Shown here in pieces: positions 23,601 to 32,507 of a stretch of DNA of 64,000 bases. The position numbers were made by a program, and so were the translations under genes. How positions within the stretch are numbered: the stretch's first letter is position 1; every line of letters begins with the position of its first letter. The DNA lies in the IMG/VR virus record IMGVR_UViG_3300020045_005903, positions 7,644 to 71,643 of that record; one strand, written 5' to 3'. This DNA comes from a virus (lineage: Duplodnaviria; Caudoviricetes). The notes beneath the pieces were generated by a model. That model saw nothing but the letters and a program-made list of their open reading frames with translations, did not search any database and was not told the DNA's origin.

Positions 23601-26600
23601 CATACGACTTGTTGTGCGAAGCCAGTTTATTATCTTTTTCATTATAGATTTCAATTTGAACATTTTTTAGTTGTGGATATAATTCATATAATTCTTTATA
23701 CTCTAAAACATCAGTTAAGGTTACGATACGAGACTTGCCTTCTGGAATATTCATTAAGTCTTCTACCAACCCTTCTGAATTTATTAATTTAGCAGATTCA
23801 TCTCCTAATTCATATCTCCATTTGCCATCAACACCTCTTTCAAAGCCTGTAGCTAATTTAATTTCCAAAGGAGAGTGTCCTTTAATTTCCATTAACTCTG
23901 CAAGTTTTTTATTATCTCTAACTTCTTTTTTTAACTTAGCTTTTTCACCAACAATCTGTTCTTTAGTTTTGCCGTCAATTCCAGTTAAATTCTTAAGCCC
24001 TCTACCGCCAATAATCTGTCTAGCCAAACTCTTAGCAATATTCTTTTCTAAGCCTAATTTCCTTTTAAACCAATCAAAGATGTAGTCTAAGAATGTTTTA
24101 AACCTACTCTTCTCAATTTCAGTATCAAATATTCCTTTACCCTCTAATCCAATAGCTTCAGCTAATAATTCATTCTCTTGTCCTTCTACAGATAGCTTAG
24201 AATAGTGTTCGTCATTCTGAATAACTTCCCACATTTTAGCGCCTTCTTTACTAGCCTTAATTTGCTTTAGCGCCGCTTGTATCACTTTATTATCGTGTCC
24301 AATAGCGTCTAGTAGTACGTGAGCCGCTTCGTGGATAGGAGTGTCTTCTGTAGCGAAATAAGGATTAATCTCTAATACATTTCCTTTAAGTCGTCCGGCG
24401 GCTTGTAATTTAGAATTGTATTTTACCTTAACCTTTGGCAATACTTTCTGAATATGTTGCGCAACCTTTAAAATTCTTTCGTGGTGTTCTGCTTCTAAAT
24501 TACCTTTTGCGGCTTTTTGTTTTTGGATCAATCCCTTATCCTCAGCTTCTTTTCTAGCCTTATCTTGAGCTTCTCTTTCTGCTAAAAACTCATCGGTAAT
24601 GGGTTCTTCATTCGGATCGGCGTATTCCTCCTCCATCTCAGCAATCTCCTTATTGGTCAAGCCTTGATTTTCCATTCGCTCGTAAATCTCAGTAGCTCTT
24701 GTTTTAGCAGCTTCCCTAAATGAACTTGTTCCTGTATATGTTTCAACTATTTCAGCAGCTTCGTTTCCTATTTCAACTGTATCAACATCTTCACCGTAAT
24801 CTAATCCGTGTTCTGCTAGCCTAGTTTTGTAAAATTCAAATGATGTGCCGCCGTCTTTCTGAGTTAATCCTAAAGGAATTTCTTTAGCCTTTACGCCCGT
24901 AATTCTAATAAGTTCTTCTTGATTAAATTTAACTCCGTTGGCAATATCCATCACCACCTGATGCTCTACGCTTGTAGGCTCAGCGTTAAGTATTTTCTTA
25001 TCTAATGCTTTTTGGTCTTTCTCTGCCTGTATAGCATTGGTAGACCTTACTATTGGAGCCTTGTATACTTTCTTTCCTTTAGAGTTAATTAAAGCCACAC
25101 TTCCGCTACTTAGCATTCTAACTTCATAACCCGCTTCTTTAACTGAATTATGAATGTCTGCCAATACAGATTTTCCTTCAGGAGATTTCCTAGCCACTTT
25201 ACCTAAATTATTATAAGCAGCCATTTTACTCTTTAGTCCGTTTTCTTTAATCTGTCTTTCTTCTTTACTAATGGGTTTTTCGGTAGTTTCCGCTTTAGTT
25301 GTTTCAGTCTTTTGATTAGTTCCAACATCGGTCTTGACTTCATTTGTAGGAGTGTTAATTGGTTTAACTGGAGGCGTTTTAGTATCAGTTGGAGGTAAAG
25401 ACTCTCCGTTATTATCAATAGGTTCGATTCTTGCAGCCTCTCTATTTAAATCTTCTCTTCGCTTTAATTCTCCAATAGCTTCTTTTTTAGATAGCTTTTT
25501 ATTTGCAAGCCAAATATCAAAAGCCTCTTCGTTTTTTATTAAATTCTCTATTTGAGGAGGAGTTAATCCGTCGAATGCGTCTAATCCTTTTGTTGTAGCT
25601 TTTCCCCACGTAAGAAACTTTCCTGTTTCGGCAGAGTAGACTTTGATAGCAGTATGTTCGCCGCCAATTCCAGGAGTGGTTTTGACAACTTTCATTACTA
25701 CAGGAAGGTTGTCAATTTCTTTGTCAATCTGATTGTCTGATAATTTCTTTTTGTTTGGCAAATGCTCTTGCATAAACCACCCTCTAAAGCCACCCTCTTC
25801 TCGCACCATTGAACTAGCAGACCTAATTTTATGTCCACTACCCAATTCAACATCAATAACAGTGTTGTCTACTAGGTCTCCACTTTTGGCTTCTGTCTTT
25901 ACCTTTTTTAATTTTAAAACTCCGCTAACCTTACCATCGGGGGTACTATCAACGTGTTCAGTCATCTGACTGTATTTGGTTCTAAAATTATAACCAAGCT
26001 TGCCGTCTTTACCTTTTTCTTCGTTAAACTCAACAGGGTTAACCTCAGTCATTTTACGAGTATCTAAAGGAAGTGATTTCTCGGCCCTTTCTCGTAATTC
26101 TCTTTTTGTAGGTGGCGGCAAATATCCACCAGGGTCTTTATAGCTTTCAGATTTATCCTTTAATCTTTGAGCTAATTCAGTTTCCTTTTCCTTCTCTTCA
26201 TTCTTTTTAATATCCTCTGCAGTTTTCTTAGCCACTACAATCTCTTCGTTACCGCTTAAAATTAACGCGTCAATATCCTTTTGTAAGTCTTTAATCTGTT
26301 TCTGCTTTGCATTACGTTTAGCTAGTTCAATAGGAGACATATCTTTCTCTACGACATCTTCAGGCACTTCTGTTTGTAAGCCTTGTTTTTGATAGGATAG
26401 GTCAAATATTTTACGTTTTACTTTGTCGTCGGCTTTTACGTCAGCCATATCGACTTCGTATTTTTGATAAGCCCTTACTCTATGTTTAGCTTTCTCGCCC
26501 TCTTCTAAAGTAAGATTACCGTTAGCAATAGCCATATCTACATTGCTTTCAAATGCAGCTACAGTCTCTTCTCCTTGTTGTGATACGTGAAAAGCGTGTT

Positions 26601-27858
26601 CACTCTTAATATTTTCTTTAGCTATTTTATCTTCTTGTTGAATTATTTCAGCGTATTTATTAGCTCTCTTATTAGCCTTTACTTCTAGTCCTGCCGGAAT
26701 TGCTCCCATAACTCCACCGCTTGCTGCGCCAACTATTGCTGCGTCCACAACGCCTTCCATTAAATCTAATTCAGGCTTATATCCACTATATTTATCTACT
26801 GCGTTTTGAGCAAACTGTGTCGCCGCTTCTCCAATACTTTCTTCCGCTAAAGATGTTCCCACAAAAGTCTTTATTGCAGGAATGTAAACATTCTTAAATC
26901 CATCTATAGCTAGTCTTTTAGCTTCCTCTTTTCCGTCTCTTAATAGAATATTTTTAGTAAGTCCTCCCAATTTAGTAATACCAAACTGTTCAAACAATCC
27001 CTCAAATAATCCATTAGACATTGCAATATTTATTTTCTCTTCTTGACTTAAATGATTTGCTTTCTCGTCTTTATCTAATTCATCTTTTTTACCTGCAGCA
27101 AAAACTAATCCGCCACCAATGGTAGACCCAACTTCACCTATTCCTGCAGCGTTGCCCATCATTAAAGATATGGTAGTTGGCGCCGACTCTAATACCGCTC
27201 CGCCAATAGACCCAACCGCATTAGCATAGTCTCCGTTAGCAATGTATTCAGAAATAGACTTATCGTATTTTTCTGCAGTCCTATCTTGATGTACCTTAAC
27301 GCTTTCGTCGTAAAACTTAGCTATTTTATTTTCGGGTAATTTTTCAAATAATAAATTGTCTTCGTCTGTAGAATACGGAGTGGCTATATTATATTTGTCA
27401 ATTAATTCTTTTGGTATAAATGTTTCTAAAGACTTATTCATTGCCATTGAAGCAACGTCATAAGCCATAGCGGGAGTTTTAGCTAACATTGAGCCTAGCT
27501 GTGCTGAACCCGAAGCTAGTTTATTTATAGCATATTCTCCATAACTCATCTCGGGCTTATCTGACCAAACATGAATATCCTTTTCGTTTTGTTTTTGAAA
27601 TCTTTGTATAGCCTCACTTAACTGCTCTGGTTTAGCACCTTTTTGAGTGAGGTCTTTTACTAAGTTTTTTTGATAACCCGAAATATTAGGTATATTATCA
27701 ATAATTTGCGAAGCGTTTTCAAATGCTACTTTTTGTTTTTCTTGCTGAGTATTGTCAATATCAGTTAATATTTTTGCGTCAGTCGGTAAAGATTTTAAAG
27801 GAGTTGTGTCCTCAATAATCTTAGCGTCAGTAGGTAATTGTTTTAATAATTCTGGCAT
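20671..27858 (-). CDS. Giant virion ejection/polyvalent protein with LPD23-like and zincin-like domains
   Basis: 2395 aa; GFERGVDGKWRYE, LYELYPQL, HELQHAIQSIEG, YRKLAGEVEA (LPD23/MPTase-like); second HEAAH. Confidence 0.75.
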   Translation of the reverse strand: MPELLKQLPTDAKIIEDTTPLKSLPTDAKILTDIDNTQQEKQKVAFENASQIIDNIPNISGYQKNLVKDLTQKGAKPEQLSEAIQRFQKQNEKDIHVWSDKPEMSYGEYAINKLASGSAQLGSMLAKTPAMAYDVASMAMNKSLETFIPKELIDKYNIATPYSTDEDNLLFEKLPENKIAKFYDESVKVHQDRTAEKYDKSISEYIANGDYANAVGSIGGAVLESAPTTISLMMGNAAGIGEVGSTIGGGLVFAAGKKDELDKDEKANHLSQEEKINIAMSNGLFEGLFEQFGITKLGGLTKNILLRDGKEEAKRLAIDGFKNVYIPAIKTFVGTSLAEESIGEAATQFAQNAVDKYSGYKPELDLMEGVVDAAIVGAASGGVMGAIPAGLEVKANKRANKYAEIIQQEDKIAKENIKSEHAFHVSQQGEETVAAFESNVDMAIANGNLTLEEGEKAKHRVRAYQKYEVDMADVKADDKVKRKIFDLSYQKQGLQTEVPEDVVEKDMSPIELAKRNAKQKQIKDLQKDIDALILSGNEEIVVAKKTAEDIKKNEEKEKETELAQRLKDKSESYKDPGGYLPPPTKRELRERAEKSLPLDTRKMTEVNPVEFNEEKGKDGKLGYNFRTKYSQMTEHVDSTPDGKVSGVLKLKKVKTEAKSGDLVDNTVIDVELGSGHKIRSASSMVREEGGFRGWFMQEHLPNKKKLSDNQIDKEIDNLPVVMKVVKTTPGIGGEHTAIKVYSAETGKFLTWGKATTKGLDAFDGLTPPQIENLIKNEEAFDIWLANKKLSKKEAIGELKRREDLNREAARIEPIDNNGESLPPTDTKTPPVKPINTPTNEVKTDVGTNQKTETTKAETTEKPISKEERQIKENGLKSKMAAYNNLGKVARKSPEGKSVLADIHNSVKEAGYEVRMLSSGSVALINSKGKKVYKAPIVRSTNAIQAEKDQKALDKKILNAEPTSVEHQVVMDIANGVKFNQEELIRITGVKAKEIPLGLTQKDGGTSFEFYKTRLAEHGLDYGEDVDTVEIGNEAAEIVETYTGTSSFREAAKTRATEIYERMENQGLTNKEIAEMEEEYADPNEEPITDEFLAEREAQDKARKEAEDKGLIQKQKAAKGNLEAEHHERILKVAQHIQKVLPKVKVKYNSKLQAAGRLKGNVLEINPYFATEDTPIHEAAHVLLDAIGHDNKVIQAALKQIKASKEGAKMWEVIQNDEHYSKLSVEGQENELLAEAIGLEGKGIFDTEIEKSRFKTFLDYIFDWFKRKLGLEKNIAKSLARQIIGGRGLKNLTGIDGKTKEQIVGEKAKLKKEVRDNKKLAELMEIKGHSPLEIKLATGFERGVDGKWRYELGDESAKLINSEGLVEDLMNIPEGKSRIVTLTDVLEYKELYELYPQLKNVQIEIYNEKDNKLASHNKSYDRIRINANSYQEYFGKVSANEVHSLTNGLSGLRRVIFHELQHAIQSIEGQQQGGNPEIARKILEKEGKKKSDFTDAKWNDLVELTYRKLAGEVEANNVEKRSKLSDKEKKETLLEETEEFDRAEQILSDTIGGEQNAKYQRPTKAFERTSDDEVQKFNEFRQDQWSRDIEKENEDIEWANEVIKDKNSTPSELKQAQGLKENILNRIREDKKQYLEYKNTVQTTEDLLKEDTLEDFTKEELIEAYWSASYQMDNDSPLFKAAQTRIAIALENEQIKELQKTNPDFEKGNDEDISPIFKIFKALSDAPGKYPSLQALSLALDEAFLAKRQEATELKVKHEKLAKAVIAEKNKKLGIVKGFGAGLFSSNSAKYFEFVDNGKGQVLTKEEAEDKNLSKTQTEYLDYFRELNDKRNAAYDENDNLIQNDIIKIDPKFREQWKQGGFISALNAYLTGATDLETEIETSEVDPATKTKIKKAYGDVQQELDKGKGSLPGKIIKAYGIAFKARKAAGIDTKKSSINYRGALTLKSDKPRPKDRGYSKDFYAAANSLIDNYTHVKHMTPLIPLFDSVQQLYKQRLSKESEIVDFIESELQDKIYQNQGVGKLGVKADAVAKFFRNLGSLTTMAFNIPANIVNIGIGNYSNLRKEGLTLFLKGNGRMFIGGRGTKKVGELAISKKALDILEMFNVVHPDFDSNPQMKLGGAFNKLAYFFNQIGEYQISGSMFLGHMTKEEYNSFELKDGKYQLKPSVDKKAFDKKMQSYKDKVSGVQGKYDEKDRRRFMRTELGKAVAQYKTWMPDWVESRFGYEELNKYGEKKIGSVRSGLKVVGKKMTFKTLTKEGISELMSDVSKGIEFDRKTGRLKNREFAANLNGAIAVAAIYLAINSGDDDKDKKRKKYHETLSLEGAMGNLMFIYDPEQLIYLIEHPVAIQGTIVNFIKALDSALHGDAKQAKKLLIKSTPYGKAYTTYDKYLSSDKK

Positions 27859-27863
27859 AATAA

Positions 27864-29357
27864 TTATTGCTTAACGTAACCCTGTGCTGTAACTAAATAA
27901 TCTCCTTGCGTTGTTTTTACTATTGAGCCAACTTTTCTTCCTTCGTATGTTGTTACTTGAGCTTGCTGAGAATTACCGCTACCGTCCTCTAATGGATTGG
28001 TTAGCTTTGATGGTTGAACGTGAGAGTCGTAAAATTGCTTTGCCGCGTCATCATTCTTATTAATTGGTACAGATGTATAAATTCTCACTATGCTTGGCTC
28101 AGTCTCTCCTTTAGCATTCAATCCGCTTCTAACGGTGGCTTTACCTAAAAACTCTCCTGTTATTCCACTATCTTTATTCGACTCATAATTCACCCCGTCA
28201 ACAGTAGTTTTTTCGTTACCACTGTCGCTATAAATTCCAAACTTCTTAGCGTCTGCTATAGGAACGTCAACAAATCCCGTTAATCTTCTTTGCCCTGACC
28301 CGTCAGTCAAATATCTATTATCGTAATTCATTTTATACCCTGTTAAGTCAACTTGACTGCCCGTGTTTCCTGCAATACTTAGTTTTGGAGTGTCGCCCCA
28401 AATTTTAGGCGCCACGTCTGCAGGTATATTTCCCGAAGGCTTGTTCTTTTCAAATATTGTATAGTACGGAGACCCCGCAGGCTCTATGTTCGCCTTAGCG
28501 TCTAATTTACCTTGTCTTTGATTAAATTCTCTTTCTCTCATTCCTCTCTCCCATAAAGCATTTAAATCCCCTGGGTCATAAGTGGTTTTAACTCCTGCCA
28601 TAATTCCGTCAGTAAGCCATTTGTCTACTTGCTCAGGAGTGTTTAATCCTAATTTCTTAGCCTCAACATCTATCTGTCTGCCATTCTCTTTCCATATAGA
28701 AGCCTTAATTGCGCTTACGTGATTAGGGTCAGCGGTGCGAGTATATTCCCCTAAGTTTTTCCCCTTAGTAACCATAGAAGGATTAATCATTTGTCCCGAC
28801 TTTAATAAGGTTTCGGGTAGGTTTATAAATTCCCTTGGTCTAGTGTAAACCACAGGCTGCTCTCCCTCTTGTTGTAAGCCTTCCAATCCTCTAGCATTTC
28901 CTGTTTTAAAATAATTCTGAAACTTTTGTCCTTCAGCTTTTAACGCCTCAGTGTCCCATTGATTAGGCGCCTTTATAGACTCCTGTAAGTCAGCTAAGTA
29001 TTCTTTATGAGCCTTGTCCACCGCTAGTCCTCTAAGTAAGGCAGGATTAGATTTAAGCTCATTTTTCATAACCTTAATCTGTCCCATTTTGATCGGATTA
29101 GAAGCATAGTCAGGATTGTTTCTCATAAACTGTCCAATCTTATTAATTTGACTCGCCGCAAATTCCTTAACTCTCGGATTATCATACTCGTTCATGGCAT
29201 TCTGAAACTCCATATCCTCAGCGAATAATTTCGCCTTAGATTCATTCATTGCTTGAGTACGCTTACGCATCTCGTCGTAACGAAATAAATCATTTACTTG
29301 TTGGTCGTAGTCGATTTTTACAGCTTGACCAAGTATAGAACCATATTCTTCAGCCAT
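27864..29357 (-). CDS. Putative internal virion (ejection) protein
   Basis: 497 aa; sits between two other cargo-like genes after the muzzle gene. Confidence 0.55.
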   Translation of the reverse strand: MAEEYGSILGQAVKIDYDQQVNDLFRYDEMRKRTQAMNESKAKLFAEDMEFQNAMNEYDNPRVKEFAASQINKIGQFMRNNPDYASNPIKMGQIKVMKNELKSNPALLRGLAVDKAHKEYLADLQESIKAPNQWDTEALKAEGQKFQNYFKTGNARGLEGLQQEGEQPVVYTRPREFINLPETLLKSGQMINPSMVTKGKNLGEYTRTADPNHVSAIKASIWKENGRQIDVEAKKLGLNTPEQVDKWLTDGIMAGVKTTYDPGDLNALWERGMREREFNQRQGKLDAKANIEPAGSPYYTIFEKNKPSGNIPADVAPKIWGDTPKLSIAGNTGSQVDLTGYKMNYDNRYLTDGSGQRRLTGFVDVPIADAKKFGIYSDSGNEKTTVDGVNYESNKDSGITGEFLGKATVRSGLNAKGETEPSIVRIYTSVPINKNDDAAKQFYDSHVQPSKLTNPLEDGSGNSQQAQVTTYEGRKVGSIVKTTQGDYLVTAQGYVKQ

Positions 29358-31837
29358 TATCCGAAAGAGTTTAAAAATCCATTTTCATTAGCTCTGTTGA
29401 TAGCTAATTGTCGCATAGCCTCAGAGTATCTTTGTCCGCCTAATTTATTTTCTAAACCACTTGATAATAAAGCTGCGCCACTCTTCTGATTAGTATTCCA
29501 CGCGCTCATAGTATCTTCAAATAATTGTCTATTCATGTCTGCTTTTTGAGCTGTTAAGGCATTTGCTTGAGCTTGCTTAGCTAGTTTAGCTTGTCTGTCA
29601 GCAATAGATGTTTTAAGTCCTCTGCCGAAAGATTCATTAATAGCACTTCTAGTCATAGCATAAGCATTTGCCGCGCTTCCACCAGATAGGTTTTTAGCTT
29701 GTTCAATCTCTCTATTTCTTAGTCCTACATTCTCGTTATTTAAAGCCGCCAATTCAGCAGCAGATAAACCATAAGTGGCTTCTGCATTAGCTCTGTTTAA
29801 ATTGTCTTGAAATCCTTGGTCAATAGTTCCAATAGGTCTTTTACCACTCTCCGCTAAGAATCTTGTGGCTTTATTAATTTGGTTTTTAGAGAATTGTTTT
29901 CCTTTACTAGAATTAATTAAGCTAGATAAACCACTAGCTAATTCTAATCCTTGTTGTGTAGTTAGTCCTTTACGTTCATTTGGAACTGTTTTGATTTCGT
30001 TATTTACATAGCTAGGATCAACAGTTTCTTTTATCTTTAAATCAAGCACGTCTGGGTCAATTTCCCTTGTCGGCATCCTTAAATCCATAGTCTCCATTTT
30101 CTCTGGCTTAGTCTTAGGAACTTTACCACCCTTAGCCATTCCATTTGCCTCCTCTGCTTCCGGCGCCAATGCCTCCAATACCTCTTCCCCTAATTCATTT
30201 ATAATTTTATTCTTTTGTTGTGGTGTAAACATAAATTCTCCATCACTTAACTTAACAGGCTCTCCACCCGCTTGATTTAAGTCAGCTTTTTTTTTAGCAC
30301 TAGGCACTTTCAATACCTTCTTAGCAATTACTTCAGCTACATCAGCATTCTTAGCAGGAACAATAAAGCTTCCTCCTTTTACCATAGCTGTAATACTATC
30401 GCTAGTTGGACCACCTTTACCTTTGATTATTCCGCCCTTATTAAATGAGGCTGTAGGCATACTAAATCCTCCGCCACCACCAGTTCCGCCAATAAATCCA
30501 CCTCTTTCTTTATCGGTGTATCTGTTGTCGTGAGCATAAGCCTTTGATACGCCAGCAGCTTCGTCAGTAGTCATCATATCGGGGTTAAGTCCGTATTCTC
30601 TTAAAGTTCTTTTATCGCTTCTAGTTAAGCTAGAATTAGGCGTAGATGAATATAATTCGCCACCCTCAGACATACATTTAAGTTTCCCTACTATTCCGCC
30701 TTTATTATAATTAGCTCCGTTTAAATAAGACTGCCTATCTTCATTTGATTTGTTTAAAGAATTGCTTCTGTTGTAGTCTGATAACTCTTGTTGTCTATTA
30801 ATTTTATCCTGTTCCTCTATAGCCTTCTTTTGCTCCTCCTCATACTGCATTTGTTTGTAGGACTGTCCTTTGTCTCCAACGCTTGAACCAACCGCGTTTT
30901 GAGCAGACGAAATTATTCCTCCAGATCCAGGGGCGACCATGTTTGCTATCGTAGGGGCTAGATTAGATGTAATTCCTCCAACCGTATTTCCTATTCCCGC
31001 AAAAGCAGCTCCGCTAGAGTTTTTAGTATAATGCTTATCCATAACGTCGCCTAGTCCTAATGATGATAAGGGAATGTCGAGCATTGCCGTCCCGTAATTT
31101 CCAAAGAAGTCTCCTCCTTTGCTGTACCCCTTAATCTTACCTACTATTCCGCCTTTGTTAAATCCAATATCTCCTGTGCCTAAAGATTTTTGTGCGCCAG
31201 ACTTAATTGCTCTGCCCGTTTCGATGGTTTCGTCTGTACTCAAAGGAGAATTAGATTGTGTTGGAACATTTAGTTTTTTAGCCCCCATATTCGCCCCCTC
31301 GTTTAATCCTTGAGTATTTAAAAAATTAGGAACAAACTTTCCTGTAGCGTCATAAGATTTTGATAAATCCACCTCTTGTTCTCCAACAAAATTCTTTACT
31401 GTTGGTTTTGAATATCCCGCATTTACGTCAGGATAATAATACGATTGATAATCTGTACTTTGACCAGGAATTAACTTTCTGTCTACCACCAATCCTCTTT
31501 GTAATGAAATGGGTGGCTTAACCTTTGGTTCTGGCGTAGTGTAAACTACATTAGGATTATAATATCCCTCTAACTCAATAAGCCCTTGTCTTGTTGCGTG
31601 TCCTCCTTCAACTAATTTTCCAGGAGAAACCCCTCTCTGTAATTCGCTAATTAAAAATTCACGATTACTTTTTTCATCTCTCCTTAATGGAGTTTTTGCT
31701 TGGATTGTATTTCCTGGAAGTTCATAGAATTCTGATCCGTCTGCGCCAGGCGCTTTAAATTTATATCCTTCTGATTTGTATTTATCTACCTCGCTTGCTT
31801 TTATTTTCTTTGGAGCTTTAGGTTCTGTTTTTGCCAT
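29357..31837 (-). CDS. Putative internal virion (ejection) protein with KGG repeats
   Basis: Repeated NKGGI units; GGPTSDSI motif; Gly-rich membrane-like segments; start moved to MAKTEPK. Confidence 0.6.
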   Translation of the reverse strand: MAKTEPKAPKKIKASEVDKYKSEGYKFKAPGADGSEFYELPGNTIQAKTPLRRDEKSNREFLISELQRGVSPGKLVEGGHATRQGLIELEGYYNPNVVYTTPEPKVKPPISLQRGLVVDRKLIPGQSTDYQSYYYPDVNAGYSKPTVKNFVGEQEVDLSKSYDATGKFVPNFLNTQGLNEGANMGAKKLNVPTQSNSPLSTDETIETGRAIKSGAQKSLGTGDIGFNKGGIVGKIKGYSKGGDFFGNYGTAMLDIPLSSLGLGDVMDKHYTKNSSGAAFAGIGNTVGGITSNLAPTIANMVAPGSGGIISSAQNAVGSSVGDKGQSYKQMQYEEEQKKAIEEQDKINRQQELSDYNRSNSLNKSNEDRQSYLNGANYNKGGIVGKLKCMSEGGELYSSTPNSSLTRSDKRTLREYGLNPDMMTTDEAAGVSKAYAHDNRYTDKERGGFIGGTGGGGGFSMPTASFNKGGIIKGKGGPTSDSITAMVKGGSFIVPAKNADVAEVIAKKVLKVPSAKKKADLNQAGGEPVKLSDGEFMFTPQQKNKIINELGEEVLEALAPEAEEANGMAKGGKVPKTKPEKMETMDLRMPTREIDPDVLDLKIKETVDPSYVNNEIKTVPNERKGLTTQQGLELASGLSSLINSSKGKQFSKNQINKATRFLAESGKRPIGTIDQGFQDNLNRANAEATYGLSAAELAALNNENVGLRNREIEQAKNLSGGSAANAYAMTRSAINESFGRGLKTSIADRQAKLAKQAQANALTAQKADMNRQLFEDTMSAWNTNQKSGAALLSSGLENKLGGQRYSEAMRQLAINRANENGFLNSFG

Positions 31838-31860
31838 AATGATAAATGTATGTGTATCGA

Positions 31861-31903
31861 CAAATATAATAAAAAAAGCCACTATATGTAACATAGTGGC
31901 TTT
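31861..31903 (-). terminator. Terminator followed by a TATATTTG promoter box
   Basis: Perfect 11-bp stem AAAGCCACTAT/ATAGTGGCTTT with T run on - strand; TATATTTG at 31868-31861. Confidence 0.7.
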
Positions 31904-31925
31904 AATATAATTAATAAGTTTTTAA

Positions 31926-32462
31926 CTATTTGTCATACTTAGAAAAAAATTCCATAAAGTATTTTTTATTAGCTATGCTTTCACAGTAAACCAATCCTTT
32001 AACTTCAACCGCAAACATTTCTTTATGAAATAGATTTGACAAAGAATTCCCGACAATATTATATTTCGCAGAGTTGTCTATTTTGTTATGCTCTTGTAAT
32101 ACAAATTCATCTACAGAGAGGTCTTTATACCATATCTTAACTCCGCCGTCAGTCAGCTTTACGCCTTCTGACACATAACAATATAGGGCTATTGCATAAA
32201 CGTTATTCCCTACACTGTCAGCGACGGCGCTTAAGTAAATCGTGTCTTTTGTGCTTAGCGGTCTAAACATTAATGGATAGCTTGGCACCTTGGTTATAAC
32301 CGTACTGCTTGGTGACGCAGCTCCCCATCTAGCAATCTTCATTGTCTGCCCCTGAGTTATGTAGGCTAGTGAAAAGAATATTATCGCAAAGACAAACATC
32401 AGTATCTTGTTTCGTTTTTCCTCTTTCTTGTTAAACATAGGTTTTGAATTAATTGGTTTCAT
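31926..32462 (-). CDS. Secreted/membrane hypothetical protein with its own promoter and terminator (moron-like)
   Basis: Signal-peptide-like N-terminus; upstream TTGCAACCTTT at 32497-32487; downstream terminator. Confidence 0.7.
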   Translation of the reverse strand: MKPINSKPMFNKKEEKRNKILMFVFAIIFFSLAYITQGQTMKIARWGAASPSSTVITKVPSYPLMFRPLSTKDTIYLSAVADSVGNNVYAIALYCYVSEGVKLTDGGVKIWYKDLSVDEFVLQEHNKIDNSAKYNIVGNSLSNLFHKEMFAVEVKGLVYCESIANKKYFMEFFSKYDK

Positions 32463-32507
32463 ACTAGTTATACAAAGTTTAAGTTAAAAGGTTGCAAAAT
32501 AATGAAA

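Noticed and set aside
20671-27858. Virion RNA polymerase call for the giant ORF
   Set aside because: No catalytic DxDxD motif seen; the motifs fit polyvalent-protein domains instead.
30420-31165. NKGGI repeats in the 826-aa protein as a mobile or regulatory repeat
   Set aside because: They are in-frame protein repeats of a kind common in podovirus internal virion proteins, with no DNA-level element boundaries.
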